64,000 nucleotides of DNA. Origin: Vicugna vicugna. Its lineage: Eukaryota. The position numbers and the translations under genes are program-made. Shown piece after piece: positions 12,370 through 25,245 of this stretch; position 1 is the first letter of the stretch; the number at the start of each line of letters is the position of its first letter. The stretch is from the NCBI GenBank assembly GCA_013265495.1, contig MU058793.1, positions 525,970-589,969 on the forward strand, given 5' to 3'. The notes under the pieces were generated by a model, which made no database searches, was not told where the DNA came from, and saw only the letters and a list, made by a program, of their open reading frames with translations.

Positions 12370-13360
12370 TCAAAGTATGCTATGTCGTCAATGAGAAATT
12401 TCCTTAAAAATTTTAAAGGTAGAGATTATTAAATAATGTGGATAAGCCCATAGAAAAAAAAAAAAGAAGTAATTACCAAGGCCTAATCTTGGTTCTCCAA
12501 GAGCAGATCAGACAGTACTAACCTACTTCCATTTTTGCTAAAAATTACTTCACTGATAAATATTGATCTAAGCAAGCGATCATGTCACTTATAATATTCT
12601 TGGGGACAACATGCCAAAACACAGGTAAGAGGACTGTGCAGTTAAAAGGGGATTTGTTGCTGATTTCAACCAACCACACTTACATACAACCTGGAAATCT
12701 CTAGATATACGCCATATGGCTTTTGTCATTACACCTCTTATAGTCAATATTCTTTCTTCAGTGATTTGGATAAGGGCACCGCAGGCATCCTCACCCAATT
12801 TATGGATGGTATAGATAGGGAAGGAATAGTTGGTATTGTTTGATGGCAGAATAAGGTTTCAAATTGTATGGACAGTTCTTGTTGTTAGGTGAAAACTAAC
12901 CATATACAATTTCAGCGTAATAGAATCTGTCTTTAACATAAAAAAAAAAGGCAACTATGTAAATACAGGGTCAGAGAGCTGGATTGACAGCAATTGAGTC
13001 GGAAAAGATCGGAGGGTTTTAATCAACACAAAGCTCAATACGCTCCAACAATGGAACTGCTTTTTTATTTAATGCCATTTTAAGCAGTAATAAAGTATTA
13101 TTTTCAGTTGAAGGGCAGTGATGATCCTAATAGAATCTGTGAGGGGCATATTACAGCTGGAGTATTGTTTGCTCAGTTCTGGGTGAAAGAGTTAGCAATT
13201 ATATACAGGAGGGATTTGGAATGCGTGTCACACAAAGCATGGTTATCAGCAACTGGGGACAAATGAGAACAAAATGATGATATTTTCGGGGAATAATAAT
13301 GACCTCCATCTATTTGAAGAGCATTCAGGTGTAAAAGGGAGTAGGCCTAATCTCTGTCGC
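12370..13360 (+). mobile_element. ~1 kb CR1/L3 LINE remnant (RT region to near the 3' end)
   Basis: gatggcagaataaggtttcaaa, gaaaagatcggagggttttaatcaacacaaagctcaata, cagctggagtattgtttgctcagttctggg in L3 order. Confidence 0.75.
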
Positions 13361-13745
13361 TGTATGTTTTAGTTGGCTATTGCCACATTAATGCTGTGGC
13401 TTATTACCACATCTATTTACCTCTTAGGTATCTGTAGGTGAGCAGGAGTTTGTCTGATCTGATGTAGGCTTGGCTGGGCTTGGCTTCAGATCATGGATGG
13501 GGTTCAGTTTTGTTCCACATGTCTCTTTTTCTTTGAGAATCAGTGGGTGCCCTGGGGAATACTTTTCTCATAGTGATGACACAAAAGGGCATTCCCAAAC
13601 GAGCACACAAAATAAAAGCCTTTGCTGGCATCACATCCAACATATTCCGATCACCCAAATCAAGTCACCCCAAAGGCAAGGGTCAAAGGATCCTATGGGG
13701 CCATGAGAAGGGAACTGGTTGTATTAGTATTACAGAGTAGTAAAA
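13361..13745 (-). mobile_element. MaLR solo LTR (old MLT1)
   Basis: ttagttggctattgccacattaatgctgtg...ggttcagttttgttccacatgtctct. Confidence 0.6.
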
Positions 13746-14059
13746 CCAATGCTTCAACTTATCCGCTCCCCACCCCCAGCTAGTAAGGCAAAACTTGGTC
13801 AGTGGGCTAAACAAGAATACTGATTCGCGTATAATGTTAAAAAAAAAAAACAAAAACTGAATGATCACTGAAACGGCCCAACAATAAATGTAAACTAGTG
13901 AAATCCTTGTCCAGATGAGGTTAGACACAGTCCAGTCAGAAATGGAATTCCCGTATCATTTACGAAGTGAGATACTGAGCCAGTCGCTATCTATCCACCT
14001 TTAACATCCTACAGTTCATGCTTCTGTTCTGCTCCACACCCTTCTCTCCAGACTCAGAC

Positions 14060-14560
14060 ATCCTGAGGCTATTTCTCCCTGAGCCATCCCCTGGGAAGTT
14101 TAAATTTATGTAGATGGCTTTTTTGTGTTCCTGAGAGTTACATATGAGTATTTCTTGTCTTTTCAATTGCTTTGGAAGCAGAGCAGTGGTACAGGCTGGG
14201 TCTTAAACTTCTCTGCATCTTCTAGAGCCACTAGCTCAGTGTTAGGCACCAAGTCCCTACAATGACCCTGAACAGCCACCCAACACCCAGCCCAGCCCCA
14301 AACCATCTTTCCAGCTTCATCTCCTACTTTGCACACCTTATGGTCCAGCCAAATAGAGCTACTGGCCCGTCCCCATACACAGCCTCTGCTTCTCAGGGCT
14401 TTGCTCACTCAAATACCGTTCTCTCTTATCCTCACAGGTCCAGATCCAACCTCTTCATCCAGGGAAAATCAAATGCTACTTTTGCCAAGATGTTTTCACT
14501 GATACTCTGTCCAGAAAGAAGTCTCCTCCTCTCCTGAATGCCCTAACACTTCCCATGAAA
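14060..14560 (+). mobile_element. L2 fragments
   Basis: ccatctttccagcttcatctcc...ctcagggctttgctcac...aaatgctacttt. Confidence 0.55.
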
Positions 14561-14664
14561 CTTAAGATTTTCATGGGGTAGGAAAATGGTTCACAATCTT
14601 ACTCCTATTAGAGTGATTTGGGACTATTAAAAATTCAAACCCAGGTCCCATCCCAAGGTCATCT

Positions 14665-15175
14665 CATATTATTAATCTGGTAAGAGAAAGTCCAAGTAAT
14701 AGGTTTTTAAGGGAAAAAAAACTTAGTTAACTGACATAGCAAGACATATGGAAGTACGTGGTTTCAGGATTGGTCTAGCAGTTTAATAATGTCACCAAGA
14801 ACTTAAACTCTGTCTCCCTGATTTGTCATGTATCAGTAATGTTTTCCCTCATGGTTGCAACATAGCTGCTATGGCCCCAAGCATCACATCCTCACCCCAG
14901 CATACCAAGTACAAGGAAAGCAGGCATGGGAGAAGTGTTTTTCTCAGGTGTCTCTCTTGCCAGAGAAAGAGAGAAGTTTCCTACACATATTTCCTTACAT
15001 CTTATTAGCTAGAACTGAGCCATATAGGCATCACTGATCTATCTCTGGGAAAGGAGAATGAGTTGTCCAGGTCAAGCATGATCCATTGCTGGGGTTAGAC
15101 AGTCCTGAACAAAATCCAGACTCTGAACTGAAGTCTGCAAAGAAGGATGGATGATGAATAGCAGCTTGTATCCAC
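14665..15175 (-). mobile_element. MaLR solo LTR (MLT1K/L-like)
   Basis: cctcatggttgcaacatagctgctatggccccaagcatcacatcctca. Confidence 0.6.
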
Positions 15176-15594
15176 AGAAGCCCCTACGAGACAGTAAGCT
15201 TGCTGAGGGCAGGAATACGTCCGTGCACATAGAAAGTTTATGAATCTCCAGAGATGCCCCATAGTCACTTGCTAAATAACCAAACCTTCTCTCTCCAAGC
15301 CATTGTCTCGAATGCTATTTTTTATCAGACTGTAATGCATGCAGTCACACGCCCTTCTTATTTTGACTCCTGAAGATGTCCATCTCCCCAGGATCTCCAA
15401 ATACAAGCCGGGGTTTCACTGAGGGCTGCAGAGCCCTCATGGATGTAGGAATCATGTAAATATGTGCTAAGGATTTAGGTTCCTAGATAAATATATAACT
15501 ATGAAGGAGGCATGGATTAAGCATAGCTGGCATGTAGGATTTGGTCTGTCCCCTTATCACCTGCATGAGGCAGGACAGGAGTGAATGTGTCACG

Positions 15595-15955
15595 CAAACC
15601 TGGGATCAAATACGAGCTCGGATATTTACTGCCCGTGTGACCTCGGGCAAAATATTTAATCTCTCTGAGCCTTGGTTTCCTCACATGTAAAACATGAACC
15701 TTGTCCCAAGGATGCTATGTGGACCAACACTGGCTAAAAAAAATGCTGCACTAACAACAGCTACCACTTTCTGAGGGCCCATTCCACAGTTGGTCCAATT
15801 CTACGTATTTTACACACAGTATTATTTTTAATTGTCCCAAAAACAAAAGGCTCAGAGAAGTTAAGTGACTTGCCCAAAGACACACAACTCATAGGTGAGG
15901 GTTGAACCCGGGTACTGGACTTCAGGGTCAGTTCTGGAGCATATCAACTGCTCAG
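15595..15955. mobile_element. Two MIRs in opposite orientation
   Basis: gtgtgacctcgggcaaaatatttaatctctctgagccttggtttcctca (+); aggctcagagaagttaagtgacttgcccaa (-). Confidence 0.75.
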
Positions 15956-18900
15956 TCTTTCTTGGTTTCCTTTTTCTTTTTCTCCAAAATCCCCAGACTG
16001 GTTGCTGTAGGCAATCTTTGCCTTAATTCTGTGATGCATCATTCTCTTTTTCTCCTTTTCGGTTTGATTCCCAGGTTAAGTTTTCTTAAATGCCCATCTA
16101 TTGAATTCCCTTGTTAACACACAATTCATTTAGGCTGCCCTGCCTTGTTTGCATTGGGGGAAGTGCAAGGGAGACGGGGAGAAAGACCAGTGGACTAGCC
16201 CTTTCAGCTTGTATGCCGTTTTCACAGCAGAATGCTGTGTCACTCCGCGAAGCCCTCCTCTCAATCTCCCTTTTCCTGGAGAACGCCAGCCTGGTTTCAC
16301 TTCCCCTTTAAAGTGTCCACGGCACTGTGTGCCCCCGATCACTCCAGCTGGATTGCACTGGGCCTCACTAATGGCATCATATCCTTTTCATAATAAGGTA
16401 TCCAAAAAGGCACGGTAGACTTTTGTACGCAGCCAGAACCGCCGCATCCACACGGATCCCATGCATTGTTCTATCGAATACCCTCATTTTCTCTTTTCAG
16501 GAAGGACTGGGATCAGCTTTCATCCTGCCTCTTATGAGCCAGGAGCTTACTTTCTCCAAGTCGTGGGGCTGCTATTTCCCAGTCCCTGCCAGTTCCCATT
16601 TCTGCATGACATCCGTTGACCAGGATGCCCCTACATAGAACCAGGACTCGGGTCAATCAACACTTGGCATTCTCCTCCAAAGTCTGTTCTGCGCATATTT
16701 CTAAACACCTGTTGCTTTTCTGTCCACCATCTTTCCTCTTAAGTAGAATCTAGGGGACACATCACTCTCTTTCTTTGGTGCTTGCATAGCCTCACCTGCT
16801 CATCACAAAAGAGCCATTCTTACTGCTAAGGCTGATAGATTCACATGGTGGGTGATTTAGCCTGAATCTGAACGCGCTGTAGAACATTTAAAAGAACAGT
16901 GTAATTCAAAAAAAATGCTAGATGGTCTCCCAGGCATATTCTACACTTTACATCATTTAATCTGTATCACAAGTCTCAGAGGAATATATTATCATCACCC
17001 CAGACTTACAGAGAAGGTGGAGGCTAAAAAGGGCTCGGTAATTTGCCCCAAACTATGCAGCTGGTGAGTATCAAAGGAGAGATTTGAACCCAGACTTTGG
17101 CTGATTTTCGTGGCCACGAGCTTAGCCACTGTTGTCCAGTGTTCCTTGCTTTTTCGCTCCACACACCACCTCGCTGATATTTCCGTATTTGCCTTCTGGT
17201 TAATGTTCACTCCCCCTTCCACAGTACACCCTGTCAAGGGTGTGGCATGGGCTCTCTGCTTCCTGAGTGCTTGTGACTCAGTTTAAACCAGCTCTACTCC
17301 CTTCTGAAGGGACATTAAAAGTGACAAACCTGAGCTGAATGAAAACCAGTGCATAAACGGTGACCAGGCAGAATTTTGTCTTTCCTTTTACGTGTGTTGA
17401 TGCTTCTTTGGTAGCAAAATGACCCAAACATTATCTAACCTTCAGATCGTCCCAGAGGACCTGCAGGAAACCCCCAAACCCCCAGGAGGGGTGAATGGGG
17501 ATGCACGGAGTAGGGAAGGCTCTGACACAGGATTATTGGTGGAAGAGAGAGCATTATGGACCATTTTATTTTTCTATTGCAAAATCAATGTGGTAGAGGG
17601 GGTGTGGGCTTTGGAGTCAGATCCAGGCCCGCAGGACAACCTTGGGCAGCATCCTGGGAATTTTAGGCCCTCCTTGGCTTCCTTAGTGGTGGGATGGAGC
17701 GGGCCATATGCCCTCCTGGGAACATTTTGTGGATGTATGAAATTTTGTCATGAAGTACCCAGCACATACCTGGCACACTGCACATGCTCCCGAAACCAAG
17801 CAACAACCCTTCTGAGAGACACAGCGTGGCTCACTCGGAAATCCCAAGTGATCCGGGGTTTGCACTCAGCCTCGTTTCTAAGCCGCTGAGGGAACCTGGA
17901 CTTGTTAGTCCCATTGCTGATTCAGTTTCCCGCTTGGGAAATAGATCTCATCCTCCTGCTTGGCCTTCTGTGGATTTTGACAAGGATAACCGAGAAGCCC
18001 ATGGAACATCTTGAGTCTGAAATAATACTGTTAGATAATTCTTTGTTTGCCTAGTAAAAGAAAGGCAGGAAGGGAGGGGAGAAGAGGAGAAAGAATCCCA
18101 AACTGATGTTTCCAGATTTGCAAAGTGAGCAAGAATTGATGTTTGGTACTTACTGGTCTCTCCTTTCCCTGCCAACTTGTTTTCCTCCCTTAAGAAAGTG
18201 GAGAGGGAGGAGTCATGGGATCTCCTCCACCCAGAGAGAGAGAGAGAGAGGGAGACACGTGTCCTTCCTATTATCCCTCAGATTATGCCACCAGGAAAAC
18301 TGCTCACTCTGTGTTTCTGCCGATGGACCTCACTGCTTCAGTTTCCGCATCTGCTGAAATGTGTTTAGTAACAGCTGCCCTGTGCACCTGCCTCACCGTT
18401 AGAGGAGCCCAGTGGATAAGATGGTGGGGAGACGAGACATAAGCTAGCATTCAGATTGAAGTGGAGCGACTTCCTGGTAGAAGAGGGGGAGCACTGGGCC
18501 AGGAGGGAGCAAACCTGAGGTGGAGCTCAGGCGTTGACAAGCAGCAGCTTCGTGACTTCGGGCAAGTCACTTCACCTCTCTGTGCCTGGCTCGGCTTCCT
18601 CAGCTCACCATGGGCAAAGCAGAACCTGGCGCCTGTGCCTCTCCAAGCTGGAGGACCCACGAACTCCCACGCATGGGGACACCTTGAAAATTGCACCGGC
18701 AGGATATATTATTCCTGCCGTTATCTAAGGTCAGTCCCAGGTTATTGCTGGCTTTTTGTCTTGTTTTCGCACACAGGAAACACACAGACTTGTAAACTCC
18801 TTAGCAGTATGCATTTTTAGGAGCATCTGAGGTCCCTTTGGGATTCTATCTCGCCCCAGTCTCTTACAAACCCGGAAGCAGGGTGAGTGTAAGACACAGT

Positions 18901-20117
18901 GAGTGTGGGCCCTGGGTGGGGGGGTACACACCTGACCTAGAAGGGACAGTGGAACTCAATGCCAAGAGCATGAAGGAGTGGAGGTCCAGTGGGGCCAGAT
19001 CTGATTTTCAAGGAATGCCAATGATCTTGATTTTTTTTTAATGTAAAACCTACATTTAAGATGTGCAGCCTCATAAAACATTGTAAACAAAATTCTCTTG
19101 TCTTTTCAAAAGCGCTGAAAACAATTACCTGGTGCTTCCGTCCCTTGCTGCAGACTGGGGGCTGGAATCTAAAGAGCGGAAGAAGGCTGCCTGGCTGGTG
19201 GGAACTCAAAGCTCAGAGCTGAGACCGCCTGGCTCCAACACAGGCTCTCTCACTCTTGTTAGTTACAGCCAGGTCTCCCGATTCCCTGGGCAGGGCTTGT
19301 TCTGCCACATAGGCTTCCTTTTCTAGGAAGGATATGGCAGAGGCGAGAGATCAACGAAGAAGAAAAGGAGAAGGAACTAGTGAAGCAAAGGCAAGAGAGG
19401 TAGACCCTGCCGGGCACCACCCAGCGAGGGCCAAGCATGCCCTCCAGAGGAGCACGGGCGGGTACCCCCTCCTCCCGCCTGCTCCAGCACCCCCGAAATG
19501 TCAGTGCACCCTGGGCGGGTTTGGCTGTTGCCCCCGTGCATGGAGCAGAATGCATGCAATCCCCAAATCTACCTGGTGGGATGTGATGGTGCCGTGTTGT
19601 TAGTTTCAAGTACCCACAGAGAGTTTTCCTCCAAAGCATGGGAGGTATGACAGCCTGGCAGGGTTGGCCTCATACCGGCAGCCCTGCTGCTGCATCAGGG
19701 GACAGGGAAGTAGATTGTAAAACACTCTGGATGCTATCACAGGTTATTAAAAAAAACAGCAACCGCCTCACTTGATTGTGCCATGTTCCTGATAGGAACC
19801 AGGGCACTGGAGGGGGTCTCTGATGTTCTTAATGACCCTCTTCCCTTGCCTGACCCTTGACCCACCTGCTTCCTCTGGGGCAAATCAGGGGATGGATGTA
19901 ACCTTCTTTCTTGATTCCCTTCACCCCCTGCCCGCTTCCCACCGCAGAGGCCCAGGGAGGACAGCCAGCTCCTTGAAATCGCGGCTTCAGTGTCCGGTGT
20001 GCTGCTGCTTCTGTCTGAACCTCGACTCTTCCACTCACCAGCTTTGTGATTTAACCTCTTGGAACCTCACTGTCCTTAGCTCCAAAATGGGAATGAGATC
20101 ATGAAAACAATGTAAAG

Positions 20118-20203
20118 AGGAAGGAAGGGCGTAGCTCAGTGGTAGAGTATATGCTTAGCATGTGCGAGGTCCTGGGTTCAATCTCCAGCACCTTCATTAA
20201 AAA
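20118..20203 (+). mobile_element. tRNA-derived SINE head (Vic-1-like, tRNA-Ala-like)
   Basis: gggcgtagctcagtggtagagtatatgcttagcatgtgcgaggtcctgggttcaatctccagcacc with Pol III A and B boxes. Confidence 0.88.
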
Positions 20204-20211
20204 TATGTGTG

Positions 20212-20348
20212 TGTATTTGTTAGTTATCTTGATTGTGGTGGTGGTTTCATTGGTGTGTATGTCTATCAAAATTCATCAAATCGTACATCTGAAATATGTG
20301 TAGTTTACTGTACAGGAATCCTACCACAATAAAGGTGTTTTAAAAAAA
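20212..20348 (+). mobile_element. Old L1M (MC/MD/ME-type) 3' terminus
   Basis: tatcttgattgtggtggtggtttca...aaaattcatcaaatcgtacatctgaaatatgtgtagttta...aataaa. Confidence 0.8.
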
Positions 20349-20404
20349 GCACAGTTATCACATTGATCAAATAAATCCATAATGTATTACACAGCCCAAA
20401 AAAA

Positions 20405-20558
20405 GATATGTATATTTATGACTGAAACATTATGCTGTACGCCAGAAATGGACACAGCATTGTAAACTGACCAGATTTCCATAAAAGAAAATAAGTTAAA
20501 AATTTTTTAAAAGAAGGTAAATTTTTTAAAAAATTGAAAAAAAGAAAAGAAAGTAATG
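20405..20558 (+). mobile_element. Young L1 extreme 3' end with A-rich tail
   Basis: tatgactgaaacattatgctgtacgccagaaatggacacagcattgtaaactgac. Confidence 0.85.
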
Positions 20559-21029
20559 AATGTAAAGCATTTCTCTTAGGATGAATGAGAAGTAGTCAAC
20601 AAATGACAGCTATAGCTAGGGGATGGGTGGTCTCTAGAGCTCCCAGACTCTGATTCCAACCAGGAAGCTGAAGAGGCAGTCCAGCACAGCATCCCAAAGG
20701 GTAGGTTCCGGGGCCAGGCTCTCCTGACTTCAGCTAGGTACTTAACTCACTGTGCTTCCCTATCCTCCCCTGAGATGCAGATAATAATAGGAGCTACCTC
20801 ACGGGGCCATTTGGAAGACTGGTAGAATTAACCCTGGGATGTGCTTAGCGTTCCACCCGCTGTGAGTGCCGAACAGATGAGAAATGTGATTATCTGGTGG
20901 GCGCTATGGAACCCAGACCAAAGCATGAGCTCAGCCCTTGTCATTAAGGAGATTAACGTCTAGAAAGAGACAGAAAAATGCACATGAGATAGTTCATAGT
21001 GAAGTTGCAGGAGATGCTGCTGACGCCCA

Positions 21030-21480
21030 CCGTGTCCTCTCGGGTCTTGGCCTCGTGGTTCTTACACATCGCGGGGGCCCACCTTCCAACTGACAGCCTC
21101 TGCATCTCATCTGAGATCCTCCACCGGCATCCAGAGCCTGTTCTGCCCATGCTTTCAGCGTGGTGCAAATCCTTGAGAATTAACACTCCCCCACCACCCC
21201 GCTGCCAACCCCAGGGAGCAGTCCTCACGCAATGATTGATGGGAGCTGCAGTGTAAATACCCCAGCTCCCTCACGCATCAGGGAGAAAAGTCTGCATGCA
21301 GGTTCTGCTTTGGCTCCCCAAGTTCCCGGACAGGGTGGAGCCCTAGTTGCCAAGTGGCTTAAAGACACATCATTTAGTGGCTATCTTCCTGTCTTGTCGC
21401 ATTCCTTCTTTCTCCTCCTGATGTTTATGGGGATCATCTCCAAAGAAGTTACTTGCACTTGAATCCTTCCCTTGGCAACC
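21030..21480 (+). mobile_element. ERVL solo LTR (LTR16-like)
   Basis: caatgattgatgggagctgcagtgtaaataccccagctccctcac...ttacttgcacttgaatcct. Confidence 0.7.
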
Positions 21481-22407
21481 ATATGATGATAGATACAAAC
21501 TGAGGGGCCAAGCTGAATATCCCAAAGTGCTATGATATAGGCAGCAGGTGCCAGGAATCCAAGGTCAGGACCTGGAGAGAAGCCCTTTGCTGTGATCTCC
21601 TTCAGTGCGAAACTGCTGCATGCCTAAAGGCTGATGTCTGCACTCCACGAATCCACCCTCAGGTCCTTGTTTGGAAGCAGGCTTCTTAGCAATGTCCCCA
21701 GAGGCAGGGAGCCATGGGTGGGCTGATGCAAGAAGCTGGGATTGTGTCTCTAGGCTGGGACCCCATCCCAGCTGTGGGCTTCTCAACTCAAATGCAGCCT
21801 CAGTGATCAAGAAGCACAACTTCATCCAAGCAAACAGGAGTTCCCTCTTCACTCTTTAATTTTTAAACAGAGGTAAAATATAAAAACATTTAAGTCTCTG
21901 GGCCCTTTTTCTGTAAAAAAATAAAGAATTAGAACAGTAAACCCAGCTGAGAGGAGTCTCTCTCATGATGGTGAGACTAAAAGACACATTTCCTCAACAA
22001 ATAAGGAGACAGTGCTGCTTCTGGACTGGGTCATGGTTGTATAAATAAGTCAAGTTCTAGCTCAATCTTCTATGAAAAATAAAAACATAGGTGAGAAGAG
22101 AGGAAACAAAACAAAACAAAACAAGACACGCAGAGCCAGCTCTGATGCCCAAATGTTCACTGGAAGAAATGAATACATTTATGAGACAAATCTGCCTTCT
22201 CCCCAAAGTTGCCCGCCCCAGAGTCACGAGCAGTTCGTTAGGACTTTCTCCTCCATGCTGACAGATAGTTTGAAAATCTAACAGAAGACTAGAGTGTGGG
22301 TGCCCAGGCTTCAGAAAAAGCAAGGAGATAAAGGGCAGGATTTTCTTCAAAGAAATTGGATATTTGCAAAAAATCAGGGCCTGGACAGCTTTCCTTGTAA
22401 ATGCATC

Positions 22408-22506
22408 TTTTTAAAAAAACGTTTTCTAATGGAGGTACTGGGAATTGAACCCAGGACCTTGTGCATACTAAGCATGCACACTACCACAGAAGTATATCCA
22501 CCCCCC
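22408..22506 (-). mobile_element. tRNA-derived SINE (Vic-1-like)
   Basis: taatggaggtactgggaattgaacccaggaccttgtgcatactaagcatgcacactaccac; cctggacag repeated at ~22380 and ~22511. Confidence 0.85.
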
Positions 22507-23196
22507 GTGCCCTGGACAGTTTAGAGGAAGACAGAGAACACTCAGAACGCCCACCTCAGGCTCTTCCAAAGCAAACACGGTCCTTTTCAACCACGCACAG
22601 GTGTTTTTTCCTCCCAAAACAAACACAGAAACAAATATTTGCAGAGTTACGAAAATTCAACAGAAGTCACCTGGGCACAAGGTTTCCCCACCTGTACCCA
22701 AGATCTCTGGCCTGGGATCATTAAACAGAACCTCACCACTAGTTTCCATTGTAGGACAGGAAACCCTTGGGCCAAACAGAATTGTTTCCTGGAATGTATT
22801 CATAAGGTAAAGGTCTGTCTCTTTGCAAGAAAGTGTTTGCAGCTCCAAGGGAAGAAAGGATTTTAGACAAAGGCAATGCCAGTGGTTTCTTCCTCATCTC
22901 CCCATATCTGCAGAAATGCCCTCAAAGAGCACATGACCGCCTTGCACATCAATCCATTATGATCATCCGGGGCACAAAGTGTGATGCTGACCACCTTGGA
23001 TAAGTTCTCATTTGGTTGTTGGCCAGAAAGGCCCTCGCTTGCTTTTCCCGAATGTCCTAGGGCCGTGAAGGTGAACAGGTCTCAAAATTCAGAAAGGCAG
23101 CTAGGGAGTGGCTGTTCCACGCTCCCCATTTCATCCTTCTGCCTTTTTCAATGGATCTGGAGAACCTGGCAAGACAAGGAAACGAACATGGTCATG

Positions 23197-23434
23197 GAAA
23201 GAGGGAAGAAAGGAAAGAGAAAAAGGGAGAAAGGAGAGAGGGAGAGAGAGAGAGAGGGAAAGAAGATGGGAAAGAAAGGAAAAGAAGGGAGGAAGGAAAA
23301 ATTAGAAAAATTAGAAAAGAGAAAGATGAAGAGGACCATGGAAGGAACAGGAAAAAAGGGGGGGGGGAGGGAAAAGGGGAGGGAGGGAGAGAGGCAAAGA
23401 GAGAGAAAGAGAATGAGAGAGAGACAGAGAGAGA
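23197..23434. repeat. Polypurine (GA-rich) low-complexity tract
   Basis: ~240 bp almost all A/G, including a G10 run. Confidence 0.95.
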
Positions 23435-23435
23435 T

Positions 23436-23850
23436 CTGCGGCTGTCAGACCCTCCCTGGTTTACACTGAGGAGCCAGATAGCCTCTCAGTGAAAAGCTGA
23501 GATTAAGCTCACAACATAATTTCCATTATGTTAATGTTGCTTTAAAATATATTGCACAGAGCGCTGCAACAATCAAATTATCAATTATAATGTCTACTCG
23601 GAGTAGAAAAGTGTTGCAAACAGAGGGCTGATTACTGCTTCAGTACATCCAATCTGCATACTCATTGTTCAGTACAGGGAAAACAAATTATCTTGTGTTG
23701 GCCCCAGTTCAAATTTAATTAAATGAGTGCAAAGCAATTATAATAAAGTACAATAGTGTAGTAATGAAAGGAAAATAACTCATTAACCTATTAATCTTTA
23801 TTTATGTTCCTCTCAAATAACTATGTAATTTCTTTATCACTGCATCCCAT
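23436..23850. promoter_or_regulatory. Candidate conserved non-coding element / developmental enhancer
   Basis: No repeat recognised; AT-rich and dense in TAAT/ATTA, with CTGTCA, ATCAAT and ACAAT motifs; conservation not tested. Confidence 0.5.
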
Positions 23851-24434
23851 AAGAAAAAGTAGGGTCTCACTGCTTGTGGCCTGGTTTAACAGGTTCTAGT
23901 TGGTTAAGATGCCTTTGCGTCGATGATTTATACCAACTTTCCTTAGCTTGGGGGCCACCCCTCGATCTCCCATCAAGCTCCCTGCCCACAGGGACAGTGC
24001 GTGGTCTAGATTTAGGGCTCCTCGTTCACGTGTTCCTGACACTTGTCAGTTGCACAAGGTAAATCTCTCTGGAAGCTGAGATGTGCTTACCACAGCATAT
24101 GGGGAAGAGACACCAGCACATCTGCTGTGTAAGGCATTGCAAAGCCAGAGAGAGGACAGAATACTCTGGGTGAGAGAGAGCCCCAGTGCTTTAAGCCTGT
24201 GGAGATACTAAGAGCTCCCAGTGCTTCTCAGCTGACGACGTTTTTCACAGGTACGATCTCATTTAAGCCTCGCAACAACACCATGAGGTGATATGATTAT
24301 CGTTGCCTGCTTTACAGATGAGGACATGGAGTTTTGAAATAAAGAAACGTTTTGCCCAAACGTCGAGGCTCACCCACAGCAGATTCAGGGTTCTAACTTT
24401 GAGTAACAGCCCCTAAATCCTCATTTCTTTCCCT

Positions 24435-24593
24435 GGGAATCTCGCTGTATGATCTGGGGACCAGCATCTTTGTCATCATCTCAAAACCCCTCAGAAGTAC
24501 AGAATCTTGGGCCCCACCCTATAAAGAATCAGAATTTGCATTTTACAAGATGCTCTGGTGATTCAGATACACGTAGAAGTTTGAGAAGCATGG
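24435..24593. mobile_element. MER5A-type MITE
   Basis: cagaatcttgggccccaccc...gaatcagaatttgcatttta...aagtttgagaagca. Confidence 0.75.
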
Positions 24594-25115
24594 GCATTGC
24601 TGGACACCATGGTGCCATCCTGGTAAGAACAGTCACTCTCTCATAGCAACTACGAGGCTGAGCATTTCCTGGCAACTCTCAACGCCTTGGGATAACCTTG
24701 AAATGACCTTGAGTGATCCAGGTTGACTCTGGCTCTGGCTTCCACTGACATATCAACTGAAGATACGGCTGGAGATAGAGGATGTAGTAAAAGTAGAAAT
24801 GGTTTTTCTCTAACCTTACACCTGGGCCGAAACCCCTCACCCCTTTCTTCAAGGATGATTTATGATAAAATGGGGAGGGAAGAGAAAGGAGAAATGGGTG
24901 AGCTGAGAAAGGAAACAGACATTTGTTAAGTTTTTACTTTGTTCTTGGGGATTTTTCCATGTATTATTCCATTTAAGCTTCACAATGAACACCTTTTTTA
25001 GAAAAGGTGACTGACAACAGGTTTAAGTGATACGTCCAAAGTCACCTGGTAAGTGACAAGGATGAGATTTTGCTTGGTTTCAAAGTTCACACTTTCACTG
25101 TACTACATTTTTTCC

Positions 25116-25245
25116 AAAACGAAAAAGAAAGAAAGAGAGAAAGGAAGGAGGGAAGAGAGGGGTGGAGGGAAGGAGAGAGGAAGGACAAAGAGGAGAGGGA
25201 AGGGAGGGCAAAGGAGAGGGGAGAAGGGGAGGGGAGAGCAAGATG
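25116..25245. repeat. Polypurine GA-rich tract
   Basis: Nearly pure A/G. Confidence 0.9.

Noticed and set aside
16483..16560. Splice-acceptor-like cattttctcttttcag|G at 16500
   Set aside because: No convincing donor or coding frame; such motifs are common by chance
17419..17889. 156-aa ORF
   Set aside because: No recognisable domain; runs through MIR-like sequence
20123..20192. tRNA-Ala-like gene
   Set aside because: Stems are degraded and three related dispersed copies exist, so it is a SINE head
22981..23492. 162-aa and 113-aa K/E/R-rich ORFs
   Set aside because: Translation artefacts of the GA-rich tract
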